A stretch of DNA of 64,000 nucleotides, from the NCBI GenBank assembly GCA_964590195.1, contig CAZPWJ010000001.1, positions 89,686 through 153,685 on the forward strand, in the 5' to 3' direction. Positions 18,967-28,854 of this stretch are shown one piece after another; positions within the stretch are counted from its first letter, which is position 1, and each line of letters begins with the position of its first letter. Under the pieces are notes generated by a model. That model worked only from the letters and a program-made list of their open reading frames with translations. It ran no database searches and was not told where the DNA came from. This DNA is from an uncultured Rhodospirillaceae bacterium (GTDB lineage: Bacteria; Pseudomonadota; Alphaproteobacteria; GCA-2731375). Both the position numbers and the translations under genes were made by a program.

Positions 18967-19840
18967 GATGACCGGCTTCGCACGGGCGGCAGGCGCGATA
19001 GGCGACTATTCCTGGGCTTGGGAAGTGAAAAGCGTCAACAGCCGCGGCCTTGACCTGCGCACGCGCCTGCAAGGCGGCCTGGATGGCCTGGATGTGGCGG
19101 TGCGCGCGGCGGCGGCCCGGCGCTTTCACCGGGGTCATTTGTCCTTGAACCTGACCTTGAACCGGGCCGGCAGCGAGCCAACGGCGCAAATCAACGAGGA
19201 TGTTCTGGCAACCGTGCTTGCCGTGGCCAACGATCTGGCGGCCCGCATCGATGCCGCGCCGCCGACGGTTGACGGCCTGCTTTCCCTGCGCGGCGTTGTC
19301 GAAACCGTGGAGCCGGAAGAATCCGAGGCCGAACGCAAGGCGCTGGAAGCCGGAGTACTGGCTAGCCTGGAAGAAACACTGGACTTGCTGGTCGCGGACC
19401 GGGAGGCCGAGGGTAGTCGCCTGGGCGAAATTGTCGGCGGTCAGGTCGACACCATCGCCCGGTTAACAAAGGACGCCGGCAAGCTGGCCGCCCTGCAACC
19501 GGCTGCTTTAAAGGCGCGCCTGCAACAGCAGGTCGCTGACATCCTGGGCGCCGCCGCCGGTTTGTCGGAGGAACGGCTGTTACAAGAAGCTGCCCTGCTG
19601 GCCACCAAGGCGGACGTACGGGAGGAACTGGACCGCCTGACGGCACACGTAGGCGCGGCGCGGGAACTTTTCGCCGATGACGGCGCCATCGGGCGGCGCT
19701 TGGATTTTCTGGCGCAGGAGTTCAACCGCGAGGCCAATACCCTGTGTTCCAAGTCCCAGGACGCCGCCTTGACGAACATCGGCATAGAGCTGAAAACCGT
19801 GATCGACCAATTCCGTGAACAGGCGCAGAATATTGAGTAA
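18967..19840 (+). CDS. yicC: YicC-family stress-induced protein
   Basis: MTGFARAAG…SWAWEVKSVNSRGLDLRTRL… YicC N-terminal domain plus C-terminal DUF1732-like region; located upstream of gmk. Confidence 0.85.
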
Positions 19841-20510
19841 TCCAAGCGAAGATCAGGCTCTCGACGACGACGCCGTTGCCGGCGGGATTTCCCGCCGTGG
19901 CCTGATGCTGGTGCTTTCGTCCCCGTCGGGAGCGGGCAAGACCACCCTGTCCCGCCGCCTTTTGGCGGAAGACCCCGGCCTGACCATGTCAGTGTCGGTC
20001 ACCACGCGGCCGAAACGGCCCGGTGAGCAGGAAGGCGTCGATTATATTTTCGTTGATGGCATCGAGTTTAATTTGATGGTGAACAAAGGGCAGTTGCTGG
20101 AGCATTTCAAAGTCTTCGATCACTATTACGGCACGCCATCGCAACCGGTCGAAGATGCCTTGAGCTCGGGCCGGGATGTGCTGTTCGATATCGATTGGCA
20201 AGGCACTCAGGATTTGAAGCAGGTAATGCGCGATGATGTCGCCAGCATCTTTATCCTGCCGCCATCGACCAGGGAATTGGAACGGCGCCTGAAAAACCGG
20301 GCCCAGGATAGTGACGACGTGGTCGCCCGGCGCATGGCGAAGGCGGCGGACGAAATCAGCCACTGGCCGGAATACGACTATGTCATCGTCAACAGGGATG
20401 CTGAGGCGGCCCTGGATCAAGTGCGCGCCATCTTGACGGCCGAGCGGTTAAAGCGGGCCCGCCAGGCAGGTCTGGGCGATTTCGTGAAACGTCTGCGTGA
20501 TGGGCAGTAA
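19815..20510 (+). CDS. gmk: Guanylate kinase
   Basis: P-loop SPSGAGKTTL. The start is uncertain; an alternative ATG is at ~19905 (MLVLSS…). Confidence 0.85.
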   Translation: MNRRRILSNPSEDQALDDDAVAGGISRRGLMLVLSSPSGAGKTTLSRRLLAEDPGLTMSVSVTTRPKRPGEQEGVDYIFVDGIEFNLMVNKGQLLEHFKVFDHYYGTPSQPVEDALSSGRDVLFDIDWQGTQDLKQVMRDDVASIFILPPSTRELERRLKNRAQDSDDVVARRMAKAADEISHWPEYDYVIVNRDAEAALDQVRAILTAERLKRARQAGLGDFVKRLRDGQ

Positions 20511-21159
20511 GGCCATGACAGCTTTCCCAACCGCGCTTCTGACGGGTTATCACGAGTTCAAGAAAAACAGATTGGCCAGCGAGACCGAGCGCTACCGCGT
20601 CCTGGCGGAGCAGGGCCAGACGCCTGAAACCCTGGTCATCGCCTGCTGCGATTCCAGGGCGGCGCCGGAAATAATCTTCAATGCCATGCCGGGCGAAATT
20701 TTCGTCATCCGCAATGTCGCCAACCTGGTGCCGTCGTACAATCCCGATGGCGAATATCATTCGACCTCCGCCGCCCTGGAATTCGCCGTCCAGAGCCTGA
20801 AGGTCAAGCATATCGTGGTTCTCGGCCATGGCCGCTGCGGCGGTATCATGGCGGCGCTGGACCCTGCGGCAGAGCCATTATCGCCAGGCGATTTCATCGG
20901 CAAATGGATGGGATTGCTCAACCCGGCGGTCGAGGCCATCTCAACCATACGCGGCATGACAAAGGCAGAGCGGCAGACCGCCCTGGAGCGCCATTCCATC
21001 GGCAACTCCATCGAAAACCTGCGCACCTTTCCCTGTGTCTCCATTCTGGAGGGAAAGAGCCGGTTAAGCCTGCACGGCGCCTGGTTTGATATATCCAGCG
21101 GCGAGCTATGGGTCATGGATCCCGAAACAGGCGTTTTCGATCATCCCGCCATCGAGTAG
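20497..21159 (+). CDS. Beta-class carbonic anhydrase
   Basis: CCDSRAAPE (CxDxR) and HGRCGG (HxxC) zinc-ligand motifs. Confidence 0.85.
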   Translation: MMGSKAMTAFPTALLTGYHEFKKNRLASETERYRVLAEQGQTPETLVIACCDSRAAPEIIFNAMPGEIFVIRNVANLVPSYNPDGEYHSTSAALEFAVQSLKVKHIVVLGHGRCGGIMAALDPAAEPLSPGDFIGKWMGLLNPAVEAISTIRGMTKAERQTALERHSIGNSIENLRTFPCVSILEGKSRLSLHGAWFDISSGELWVMDPETGVFDHPAIE

Positions 21160-21990
21160 TCAGACTGCGGCCCTGGCCAGGGCGCAGAACTGTTCGACGC
21201 TTAGATTTTCCGCCCGTAGGGTGGGCTCCAGCCCGGCGGCCTGCAACAGGCCCACCGGATCGGCGCTAAGCTGCCTGAGACTGCTGCGCAGCATTTTACG
21301 CCGCTGTCCAAAGGCGGCGGCAACAACCGCCTCCAGCCTTGCCGCATCCGCCGGTGCCAGGGGCTCGTTCCGCGGTTCCAGACCGATCACCGTGGAGGTT
21401 ACCTTGGGTGCCGGGGTAAAGGCGCGCGGCGGCAGGTCGAACAGGGCAGCGGCGCGGCAACGCCATTGCACCATCACCGACAGGCGGCCATAGGCCTTGC
21501 CGCCCGGCTGCGCGGTAATGCGTTGGGCGACCTCTTTCTGGAACATCAGGGTCAGGCCTTCGAACAATTCCAGCCGGTCCAGCCATTTGAACAGCAGCGG
21601 CGTTGAAATGTTGTAAGGCAGATTGGCGACGATCCGGCTGGGCCGGGGGGACAGGCTATATTCGTCGATCTCCAGGGCGTCGGCTTCCACCAAGGTCAGG
21701 CGCCCGGGCACGGCGGCGGCAAGTTCCTCCAGCGCGGCAAGGCAGCGGCGGTCCCGCTCCACCGCGACCACGTGTGCCGCGCCCTCGGCTAGCAGCGCCC
21801 TGGTCAGGCCGCCGGGCCCAGGCCCGATTTCCAGCACGGTTTGACCACCAAGCGGGCCGCCGGCGCGGGCGATCTTGCGGGTCAGATTCAGATCGAGCAG
21901 AAAGTTTTGTCCCAGTGTCTTGCTGGCCCGGATTTCGTGTTGGGCGAGAACCTCGCGTAGCGGCGGCAGTTCGGCGAGGGCATCCGTCAC
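21160..21990 (-). CDS. rsmA: 16S rRNA (adenine1518/1519-N6)-dimethyltransferase
   Basis: TLGQNFL motif; SAM-binding LEIGPGPGGLT; pdxA-ksgA linkage. Confidence 0.92.
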   Translation of the reverse strand: MTDALAELPPLREVLAQHEIRASKTLGQNFLLDLNLTRKIARAGGPLGGQTVLEIGPGPGGLTRALLAEGAAHVVAVERDRRCLAALEELAAAVPGRLTLVEADALEIDEYSLSPRPSRIVANLPYNISTPLLFKWLDRLELFEGLTLMFQKEVAQRITAQPGGKAYGRLSVMVQWRCRAAALFDLPPRAFTPAPKVTSTVIGLEPRNEPLAPADAARLEAVVAAAFGQRRKMLRSSLRQLSADPVGLLQAAGLEPTLRAENLSVEQFCALARAAV

Positions 21991-21991
21991 G

Positions 21992-23104
21992 TCAAATTGC
22001 GCCTTGGGCCGTGCCCTGGGGCGCCCCGGCTGTTTGGGCCCGGTACCTTGCGATCAGCCCGGCGTATGCCACGGCGGAGGTCAAGCTCAGGGAATTGGCC
22101 CGGCCCTTGCCGGCAATATCCAGCGCCGTGCCATGATCGGGCGAGGTGCGGACGATGGGCAGGCCAAGGGTCACGTTGATGCCGTATTCAAAACCCAGAG
22201 CCTTGACCGGGATCAGCGCCTGATCGTGGTACATGCAGATCGCTACATCGTAGGTATCCCGGGCCGCTTCGTGGAACATGGAATCCGATGCCATGGGTCC
22301 AATCACCGAAATACCCCTGGCCCGCAGTTGCTCGATGGCCGGCTGGATGATCTCTATCTCCGCCCGGCCCATATCGCCGGCCTCGCCCGCATGGGGGTTC
22401 AATCCAGCGATGGCCAGGCGCGGCGGCCTGAAACCAAGGTCCCGGTCCAGGGCCTCGGCGGTGATTACGGCCTGTTCCACAATCATCTCGGTCGTCAGAG
22501 CGGCAATGGCATCCTCCAACGCCAGGTGAATGGTCACCGGCACGGTTTTCAAGCCGGGGCAGCTCAACATCATCACTGGCGGATGCTCGGCCCCGCAGAG
22601 TTCGGCCAGGTATTCCGTGTGGCCTGGATGCCCGAAGCCGGCCTCGTGCAAAACCGATTTTTGGATCGGGTTGGTGACAATGGCGGCGGCCTGGCCAGAG
22701 CGCACATGCTCGACCGCCGTCTCAATGGCGCCCAGCACGGCCGCCGCATTGGCTTTGTTCAACACGCCGGGCACGGGCTTTTCAGCCAGGGGCCGCGGCA
22801 ACACCGGCAAGCCCTGTTCGAAATGATCGATGCACTGCGCCGGCGAAGCGATTTCGATCACCTTCAATGTCTTGCCGCGCGTTGGCGCCATTGCCGCGGC
22901 CAAGACCGCCGCCGCTTCCCGCACCAGATCCAGATCGGCGATCAGATAAAATGGCTGCAAATCATAAATCGCCCGCCGGCTCCAGGCCTTCAGAGCGATC
23001 TCCACCCCGATGCCGGCCGGCTCGCCCATGGTCATTGCGATCGGCTGTTGAGCAATCAACGGCGGGGCAATGGGGCGCTGGAGGTCGGAATGGGTTTGGG
23101 CCAT
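21992..23104 (-). CDS. pdxA: 4-hydroxythreonine-4-phosphate dehydrogenase
   Basis: PdxA family throughout (…GEPAGIGVEI…, …GLNPHAGE…); surA-pdxA-rsmA operon context. Confidence 0.9.
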   Translation of the reverse strand: MAQTHSDLQRPIAPPLIAQQPIAMTMGEPAGIGVEIALKAWSRRAIYDLQPFYLIADLDLVREAAAVLAAAMAPTRGKTLKVIEIASPAQCIDHFEQGLPVLPRPLAEKPVPGVLNKANAAAVLGAIETAVEHVRSGQAAAIVTNPIQKSVLHEAGFGHPGHTEYLAELCGAEHPPVMMLSCPGLKTVPVTIHLALEDAIAALTTEMIVEQAVITAEALDRDLGFRPPRLAIAGLNPHAGEAGDMGRAEIEIIQPAIEQLRARGISVIGPMASDSMFHEAARDTYDVAICMYHDQALIPVKALGFEYGINVTLGLPIVRTSPDHGTALDIAGKGRANSLSLTSAVAYAGLIARYRAQTAGAPQGTAQGAI

Positions 23105-24411
23105 TAACGCAATTCCACGACCGCCGAGCGCCGTAAATCCCGCAAATAGCGCTGCGCCAGCATGGCCAGGCGCTGTTGCGTAAGATTTTTTGTAATACTC
23201 TCCCGGCTCGGCCCCTGGCCTTTGATTTTCTCACGTTTGCAAACCATCAACAGCATGACCGAGCCCTTGCCCCGGATCGGCCCGCTAAAGCTGCCGACGG
23301 CCAGGTCCTTAACAGCCGCGGCTATGTTCGCGGGTAGATCGGTCAATTTCACACTGCCCAGATCTCCGGCGCTGGCCGCCTGCTGTTCCTTTGCGGCAGC
23401 CTCGACATTGCCGCAACCCTTGGTGCTTTCCGCCACGGTTCGGGCCAATGTCTCCTGGGCCTTATAATCCGCTTCCTTCGCATCCTGGTCCAAGGACAGT
23501 ACGATCTGCTTCAAATCCAGCTTCATGCTGCTCTGGGCCGCCGCTGTGATCTTTCTCCGCTCATGCAGCTGGACCAAGTAATAGCCGCCCGCCGCCTCGA
23601 TAGGTTCGGAAATCGCACCCAGCTGTAGTTTGCCGATTGCCTGATCCAGGGCGGTGGAAAGTTGCCCCGGCTGCACCCAGCCCACCGCGCCGCCCTGGGC
23701 CGCCGTGGCACCACGGCTGAATTGCCGGGCCATGGCGGCAAAGGAGGCGCCTTCGCGAAGCTGCCGCAACAAGGCGATACTGGCGCGGCGTACTTCTTCG
23801 ACCTGATCCGGCGAATCGATGGGCAAGAATATCTCTGAAATCCGCTGCTCCGACCGCCCGGCATTGGCCTGCAACCGCGCCAGGGCCTCATCGACCTCTT
23901 CATCACCAATTTGCACATTGCGGCTAAGCCGGCGGCGCACCAGTTTGGACCAGGAAATTTGCGCCCGCAGCTGCACTTCCAAGGCCGGCTTGGGAATCCC
24001 CGTTTGCCGCATGTAGCGTTCCAGGCCGCCCATGGGCACCTTGTTCTGCTTTTCAATAAAGCGGAAGGCATGCTCCAAATCGGACTTGCGGACCCGTATG
24101 GAATGGCGCTTGGCGGCTTGCAGCTGCAGGCTTTCATCGATCAGGCCGCGCAAAACCTGTTGGCGAAGACGGCGCCGCGTCCGCGCGCTGTCCTGCAGGC
24201 GCGAGGTGGCGATCACCAAGCGGATGCGCTGTTCCACATCATAGCGCGAGATCACCTCGTCATTGACGATGGCGGCGATGCGCTGAACATCCTGGGCCAA
24301 CACCGGCGCCGCGAAGACAGCCGCCGTCGCGATGATCAGGGGAAAGACAAATCCACGCCGACGGAAACCCGAGGAGAGCCCGGCACAATGCAAATTCTTA
24401 AGAGGCGATAC
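23104..24411 (-). CDS. surA: Periplasmic chaperone / peptidyl-prolyl isomerase SurA
   Basis: Signal peptide (…FVFPLIIATAAVFAAPVLAQ), SurA N-domain, parvulin-like domain. Start taken at MVSPLKNL (ATG 24409-24411). Confidence 0.85.
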   Translation of the reverse strand, partial: VSPLKNLHCAGLSSGFRRRGFVFPLIIATAAVFAAPVLAQDVQRIAAIVNDEVISRYDVEQRIRLVIATSRLQDSARTRRRLRQQVLRGLIDESLQLQAAKRHSIRVRKSDLEHAFRFIEKQNKVPMGGLERYMRQTGIPKPALEVQLRAQISWSKLVRRRLSRNVQIGDEEVDEALARLQANAGRSEQRISEIFLPIDSPDQVEEVRRASIALLRQLREGASFAAMARQFSRGATAAQGGAVGWVQPGQLSTALDQAIGKLQLGAISEPIEAAGGYYLVQLHERRKITAAAQSSMKLDLKQIVLSLDQDAKEADYKAQETLARTVAESTKGCGNVEAAAKEQQAASAGDLGSVKLTDLPANIAAAVKDLAVGSFSGPIRGKGSVMLLMVCKREKIKGQGPSRESITKNLTQQRLAMLAQRYLRDLRRSAVVELR

Positions 24412-24570
24412 CATTCGGCGACTTTCTAATGAGCTGGCTAATGACCTGGCTAATGACCCGGAAATACTCCTACTGCAAAATAGAGGCTCGGCGTCCGCAA
24501 TTGAAGTGCAATAGAGCCCTTTTTTTGCCGTCATCGCGGCAATAAGCCGCCGTACCGCCGCATTGGCGCG

Positions 24571-25860
24571 CTATGGCTGCGTCTTGCGCCGGGTCATGGG
24601 AATAATAACGGCAACCAATGCCGCAACCAGCATGCTTATGGGTCCGAACCAGAACAACAGGCGCGGCTCTCCCTGATCCAGCAGCCAGCCAAAAAACACC
24701 GGCGTCGCCGCGCCGCCAATATTAAGGCCGGTGGAGACGAAGCCAAATACCTTGCCCATGGAGCCTTCCGGCGTCACCGCGCGCACCAGCATGTCCCGGG
24801 CCGGCATGATGGCGCCAAAGGTCATGCCGCCCAGGGCCATGGCCGCGATCACCCAGCCCGCCGACAGCAGGACATTGCCGACCGTGAATATCACCACCGC
24901 TGTCGCAATGAAGGACAGCGCCGCCACCCATTCGTGACGCCGCGTGCGGTCGGCGATCTGGCCGCCGACCAGGACGCCCAGGGCACTGCCGACCAGAAAT
25001 GCCGTCAGGGCCATCTGCGCCCCTTCCAGGGAAATATCCTGGATCGAAACGAACGCCGCGACAGCGAATGTGGACAAGCCGTTCTGGGATACGGAAAGCA
25101 GAATGAAAAACAGGAAACACATGAAAACCGGCAAGGACAGCAACAGCGCGATACCGCTTTTTTCCGGCGCCTGGCCCGGTGTTGCCCCGGCGTCGTCCTG
25201 GCGCGCGGGCCTGGACGCGTTGCTGGAGGCGCCATTCGACAGGGCGCGCCGGTTCAGCAGCAGGGACAGCCAGATCGCCGTACCCAGAATGCCGGTCAGC
25301 ATCAGGCCGGCGCGCCAACCCCATTGGATCGAGACATAGGCCATGACCATCGGTGCCACGGCGCCGCCAGCGAAACCGGCGAACGTATGCAGGGAAAAGG
25401 CGCGCCCGATCCGCCGGTTCGAGACCGTGGCGGACATAATTGCGTAGTCAGCCGGGTGGTAAACACTGTTGGCGACACCGGCAACGGCCGCCAGAACCAA
25501 AATGGCCGTGTAGCCGGCGAAGGCCCCCATGCCGACATATGTCAATGTCGATACGGCAACGCCGACGATCAACAAGCGCCGGGCGCCAAACCGATCGACC
25601 GCGAAGCCCATGGGCACATGGGTCAAGGCCGAGGTCAGGTTAAAAATCGTCATGATCAAACCCAGGGCGGCGTAACTGACGTTGAAGTCGGCTTTCATCA
25701 ACGGCAGGATCGGCGGTAACAAATAAATCAGATAGTGGCTGAGAAAATGCGCCCCGCTGATCAAGCCGATAACCCGGCCGTCAGCGCGCGGACCCGCCAT
25801 CCTGGGCGCGGCCGATTCTCCATTGTCGGCCTTGGCGCCGCTTCGCATGGTGACTGTCAT
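24571..25860 (-). CDS. MFS transporter
   Basis: 12 predicted TM helices; MFS loop motif GFAVDRFGARR. Confidence 0.8.
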   Translation of the reverse strand: MTVTMRSGAKADNGESAAPRMAGPRADGRVIGLISGAHFLSHYLIYLLPPILPLMKADFNVSYAALGLIMTIFNLTSALTHVPMGFAVDRFGARRLLIVGVAVSTLTYVGMGAFAGYTAILVLAAVAGVANSVYHPADYAIMSATVSNRRIGRAFSLHTFAGFAGGAVAPMVMAYVSIQWGWRAGLMLTGILGTAIWLSLLLNRRALSNGASSNASRPARQDDAGATPGQAPEKSGIALLLSLPVFMCFLFFILLSVSQNGLSTFAVAAFVSIQDISLEGAQMALTAFLVGSALGVLVGGQIADRTRRHEWVAALSFIATAVVIFTVGNVLLSAGWVIAAMALGGMTFGAIMPARDMLVRAVTPEGSMGKVFGFVSTGLNIGGAATPVFFGWLLDQGEPRLLFWFGPISMLVAALVAVIIPMTRRKTQP

Positions 25861-25950
25861 GGCGTTGTACTAACCGGTTTCCCCTCTCCTGTCACTGATG
25901 GTTTAAAAGCCGCGCGCCATGGGCTAGGATCGGTCGGCCGCCAGGCGGGG

Positions 25951-26511
25951 ATGGCGGCCTTGCCGACGATCACTTTGATTCATAAATGGGAATTTCTCTT
26001 GTCCGAGGTATCGAACACATCTGCTGATGAGACATCCGAAGCACCGTTGCGCACGACGCCTCTAAAGGCGTTGTTGCTACGGGTCGGCACGACGGACCGG
26101 ATAGCCTTGGGGAGCGTATTATCAATCAGGACAACGCAGTCGGCGGAGGCGGCAATGGCTGCCTTGCGGGAATTTCCCGCCGATGTCCTGGTCGCGGACA
26201 CAAGCACATCGGACTACGAGACCATGGCCTTGTTGGAAGGGCTGCGCAGTCCCACCGCCACGCCACGCAAGGGCCTGGCGGTGATATGCCTGTTGGCGGA
26301 AAGCAGCCCCGAGCGGGTCCGCGGCCTGGTCAAGGCGGGTGTTGACCATGTCATGATCAAGCCGATTTCAGCCACCGCCCTGTCCGATTTGGCCCAGCAC
26401 CTGTCTGAAAATCCCATGACGCAGATTGCCGTACCGCGATATGTCGGCCCGGACCGGCGGCGCCTGCCCGATGACGCCTACACCGGTCCCAAACGGCGCG
26501 GCAGCGAATAG
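25951..26511 (+). CDS. Single-domain response-regulator receiver (CheY-like) protein with short basic C-terminal tail
   Basis: Receiver-domain pattern: …ALLLRVGTTD…, phospho-acceptor context DVLVAD, TSDYETMALLEGLRS, VMIKPISATAL; C-terminal GPDRRRLP… tail. Start chosen at ATG 25951. Confidence 0.6.
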   Translation: MAALPTITLIHKWEFLLSEVSNTSADETSEAPLRTTPLKALLLRVGTTDRIALGSVLSIRTTQSAEAAMAALREFPADVLVADTSTSDYETMALLEGLRSPTATPRKGLAVICLLAESSPERVRGLVKAGVDHVMIKPISATALSDLAQHLSENPMTQIAVPRYVGPDRRRLPDDAYTGPKRRGSE

Positions 26512-26515
26512 GCCT

Positions 26516-28720
26516 CTAACCGAGTGCGCCGGAGGTACGGAGAGCGGTGATTTCCCCCGCCGAGAGCGACAACACATCGTTGAGCACCGCATCCGTGTCA
26601 GCGCCATGCCCTGGGGCCGGACCGTTCTTGCGCCCAAAGCTGGCAAGCCACGGCAGACCCGGCAAGACGCCAGCATCGTTTTCCTGCCAAAAGCCGCGCG
26701 CGTGAAGATGCCCGCTCGCCTTGAGATCAAGCGACGAGGCCAGCGCCGCCGCTGGAATGCCCGCCGCCAGAAGTCTTTCCGTGGCAGCAGCAGCCGAGCG
26801 GGCGCGCGTCCATTCCGTCAAGGTTCGCTCGATCTCGGCACCTCGTTGGCGCCGGGCGTCGAGGTCGAGGCCGCGCAATGGGCCCAACGCCTCGACCACG
26901 GCGCACAGGGCGCGCCAGCGCTCGTCATCGGGTATCGCGATCCCGACCCAGGCATCGTCGCCATTAGCAGGAAAAATACCGTGCGGCGCGAAGGCGCCAT
27001 CGCCATTGCCCTGGGGCTTGGGCGGGCCTTGAAGCTGCGCCGCCAGCAACGGTTCCGCCATGGTCCAGAGCAATGCCTCCATCATCGAGAAGTCGATGCG
27101 CATGCCGCTGCCGGTGTGCCGCCGATGCCAGATTCCGGCTGCCGCGATAAAGGCCAGCTTCAGGCCGCACATGGGATCAAGCCAGGCCATGCCGACACGG
27201 GGCGGTTTGCCCGGATGGCCGTTCAGGCCCGCGAAACCGGCATAGCATTGCAACAGGGTGCCATAGGCCACCGCGCCCGCTTCCGGGCCGCTGCGGCCAT
27301 GCCCCGAGGCCGAGAGGTAGAGCAATTCCGGGTTTTCCCGGGCCAGATCCTCGGGCCCAAGGCCAAGACGCTCCATGACGCCGGTGCCGAAATTTTCGAT
27401 CACGATATCGGCGCGGGCCGCCAACGCCTTGGCGACGGCAACCGCCTTGGGCTGTTGCAGATCAAGGGTGATGCCGCGCTTGGCCTGGCCAAGCACTTCA
27501 TGCAATCCCATACCCCGCCCCGGATCGCCACGCCCCGGAGCTTCAACCTTGACAACCTCGGCGCCCATGGCGGCCAGATAGCGCGTCGTGGTGGGCCCGG
27601 CGATAACCCAGGAAAAATCAAGCACGCGTATGCCCGATAGGGGCAGCGGCCCACCAGCGCCGGCGGCCTTCTCGATGTTGTCGGGCGTTTGCTTGTCCCA
27701 GGGGATAGCGTGGATAGGCGATCCCGGCGCCATCATGCTCTTGCCCCCGACCTGCATCGGCCTGAAAAATTGCCGATGCGCCAGCTGGGCAGAGGCAAAT
27801 TGTTCAGCCGGTTCCTGCAAGGGAAAGCTGGGGACGCGCGCGGCCTGGGCGGCGTCGGCAATCCACTGTTTATCGTGCTCCCGGCTCCAATCGGACATCA
27901 GGGCATGCAATGCATCCCAATTCTCGATCCGGTCCGGCTTACTCGCGAACCGCGCTTCCTGGCCCCAATCGGGCGAACCCATGACTTGCAGCCAGGCGGC
28001 CCATTGATGATTTTCGCGCGGTGAAATCGCCACATAGCCATCCCTGGCCGGCAGAATGGTCACTGTCGCGCCATTGCCGTCGGTCAGGCGCCGGCGTGAC
28101 CAGACCTTGCCCTGCATGCCGACCCGCGTCAGCTCGGTCATCGCCAGGGTCGCCAATGCTTCCTGGATCGATATGTCGATACTGGCGCCGGTTCGATCCG
28201 CCGGCTCATCCAGCAACAGGGCATGCATGGCGGCGGCGGCCGCCGCCAGACCGCCGATGAAGGCTGATTGAGTGCCAACGGCACGGGTCGGCGGTTCCGA
28301 TAGATCGTCGACCTGGCCGGTCAGCATGCGCGCGATGCCGCTGGCGCAGAACAGGGTAAGGTCGGAGGCCGGGCGGTTGGCGTCCGGCCCAGTTTGGCCA
28401 AAAGGCGAGATCAGGACGATAACCGCCGCCTCATTGAGCCTGCGCAGGGCGGGGCCATCGACGCCGCGTGCCGCCAGATCCTCCGGTCCGCCTTCAACGA
28501 TCACAAGGTCAGCCGTGGCGGCATGTTCCGCCAACGCGGCTGGTGTGCAATCCGGCGCCGCACGATGTTTGCCGTCATTGAGGAAATCCGCCAACGGCAT
28601 ATGGTCATCGGCAGCGATGCAGCCGACCGTGGCGCCGACATCGGCAAAGGCGCGCCCGCATGCCGCCGCCGCCAGGCCGGGCCCGATCTGGAGTACCCGC
28701 AGACCCGCCAAAATTTGCAT
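26516..28720 (-). CDS. CoA-transferase family III (CaiB/BaiF) protein; two tandem CoA-transferase domains fused in one 734-aa protein
   Basis: The N-terminal half (MQILAGLRVLQIGPGLAAAA…) and the second half (…GIRVLDFSWVIAGPTTTRYLAAMGAEVVKVE…) each match the family III CoA-transferase fold. Confidence 0.8.
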   Translation of the reverse strand: MQILAGLRVLQIGPGLAAAACGRAFADVGATVGCIAADDHMPLADFLNDGKHRAAPDCTPAALAEHAATADLVIVEGGPEDLAARGVDGPALRRLNEAAVIVLISPFGQTGPDANRPASDLTLFCASGIARMLTGQVDDLSEPPTRAVGTQSAFIGGLAAAAAAMHALLLDEPADRTGASIDISIQEALATLAMTELTRVGMQGKVWSRRRLTDGNGATVTILPARDGYVAISPRENHQWAAWLQVMGSPDWGQEARFASKPDRIENWDALHALMSDWSREHDKQWIADAAQAARVPSFPLQEPAEQFASAQLAHRQFFRPMQVGGKSMMAPGSPIHAIPWDKQTPDNIEKAAGAGGPLPLSGIRVLDFSWVIAGPTTTRYLAAMGAEVVKVEAPGRGDPGRGMGLHEVLGQAKRGITLDLQQPKAVAVAKALAARADIVIENFGTGVMERLGLGPEDLARENPELLYLSASGHGRSGPEAGAVAYGTLLQCYAGFAGLNGHPGKPPRVGMAWLDPMCGLKLAFIAAAGIWHRRHTGSGMRIDFSMMEALLWTMAEPLLAAQLQGPPKPQGNGDGAFAPHGIFPANGDDAWVGIAIPDDERWRALCAVVEALGPLRGLDLDARRQRGAEIERTLTEWTRARSAAAATERLLAAGIPAAALASSLDLKASGHLHARGFWQENDAGVLPGLPWLASFGRKNGPAPGHGADTDAVLNDVLSLSAGEITALRTSGALG

Positions 28721-28854
28721 GTCGCCTCCGTATTCGCGGATGGTTTCGCACCACCTCTAATCGTGTAAACCGATATCCCTAGTGCCCGGTGATGATATAA
28801 TTACCGGAACTCAACCGCGAGACAAACAATTGCGCCAAGGGAGGCCGCCACGGG

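Noticed and set aside
21875-23107. 410-aa ORF on + strand
   Set aside because: Antisense to pdxA/rsmA region; no motifs; overlaps two well-supported genes.
26426-27640. 404-aa ORF on + strand
   Set aside because: Antisense to the CaiB-type CoA-transferase fusion.
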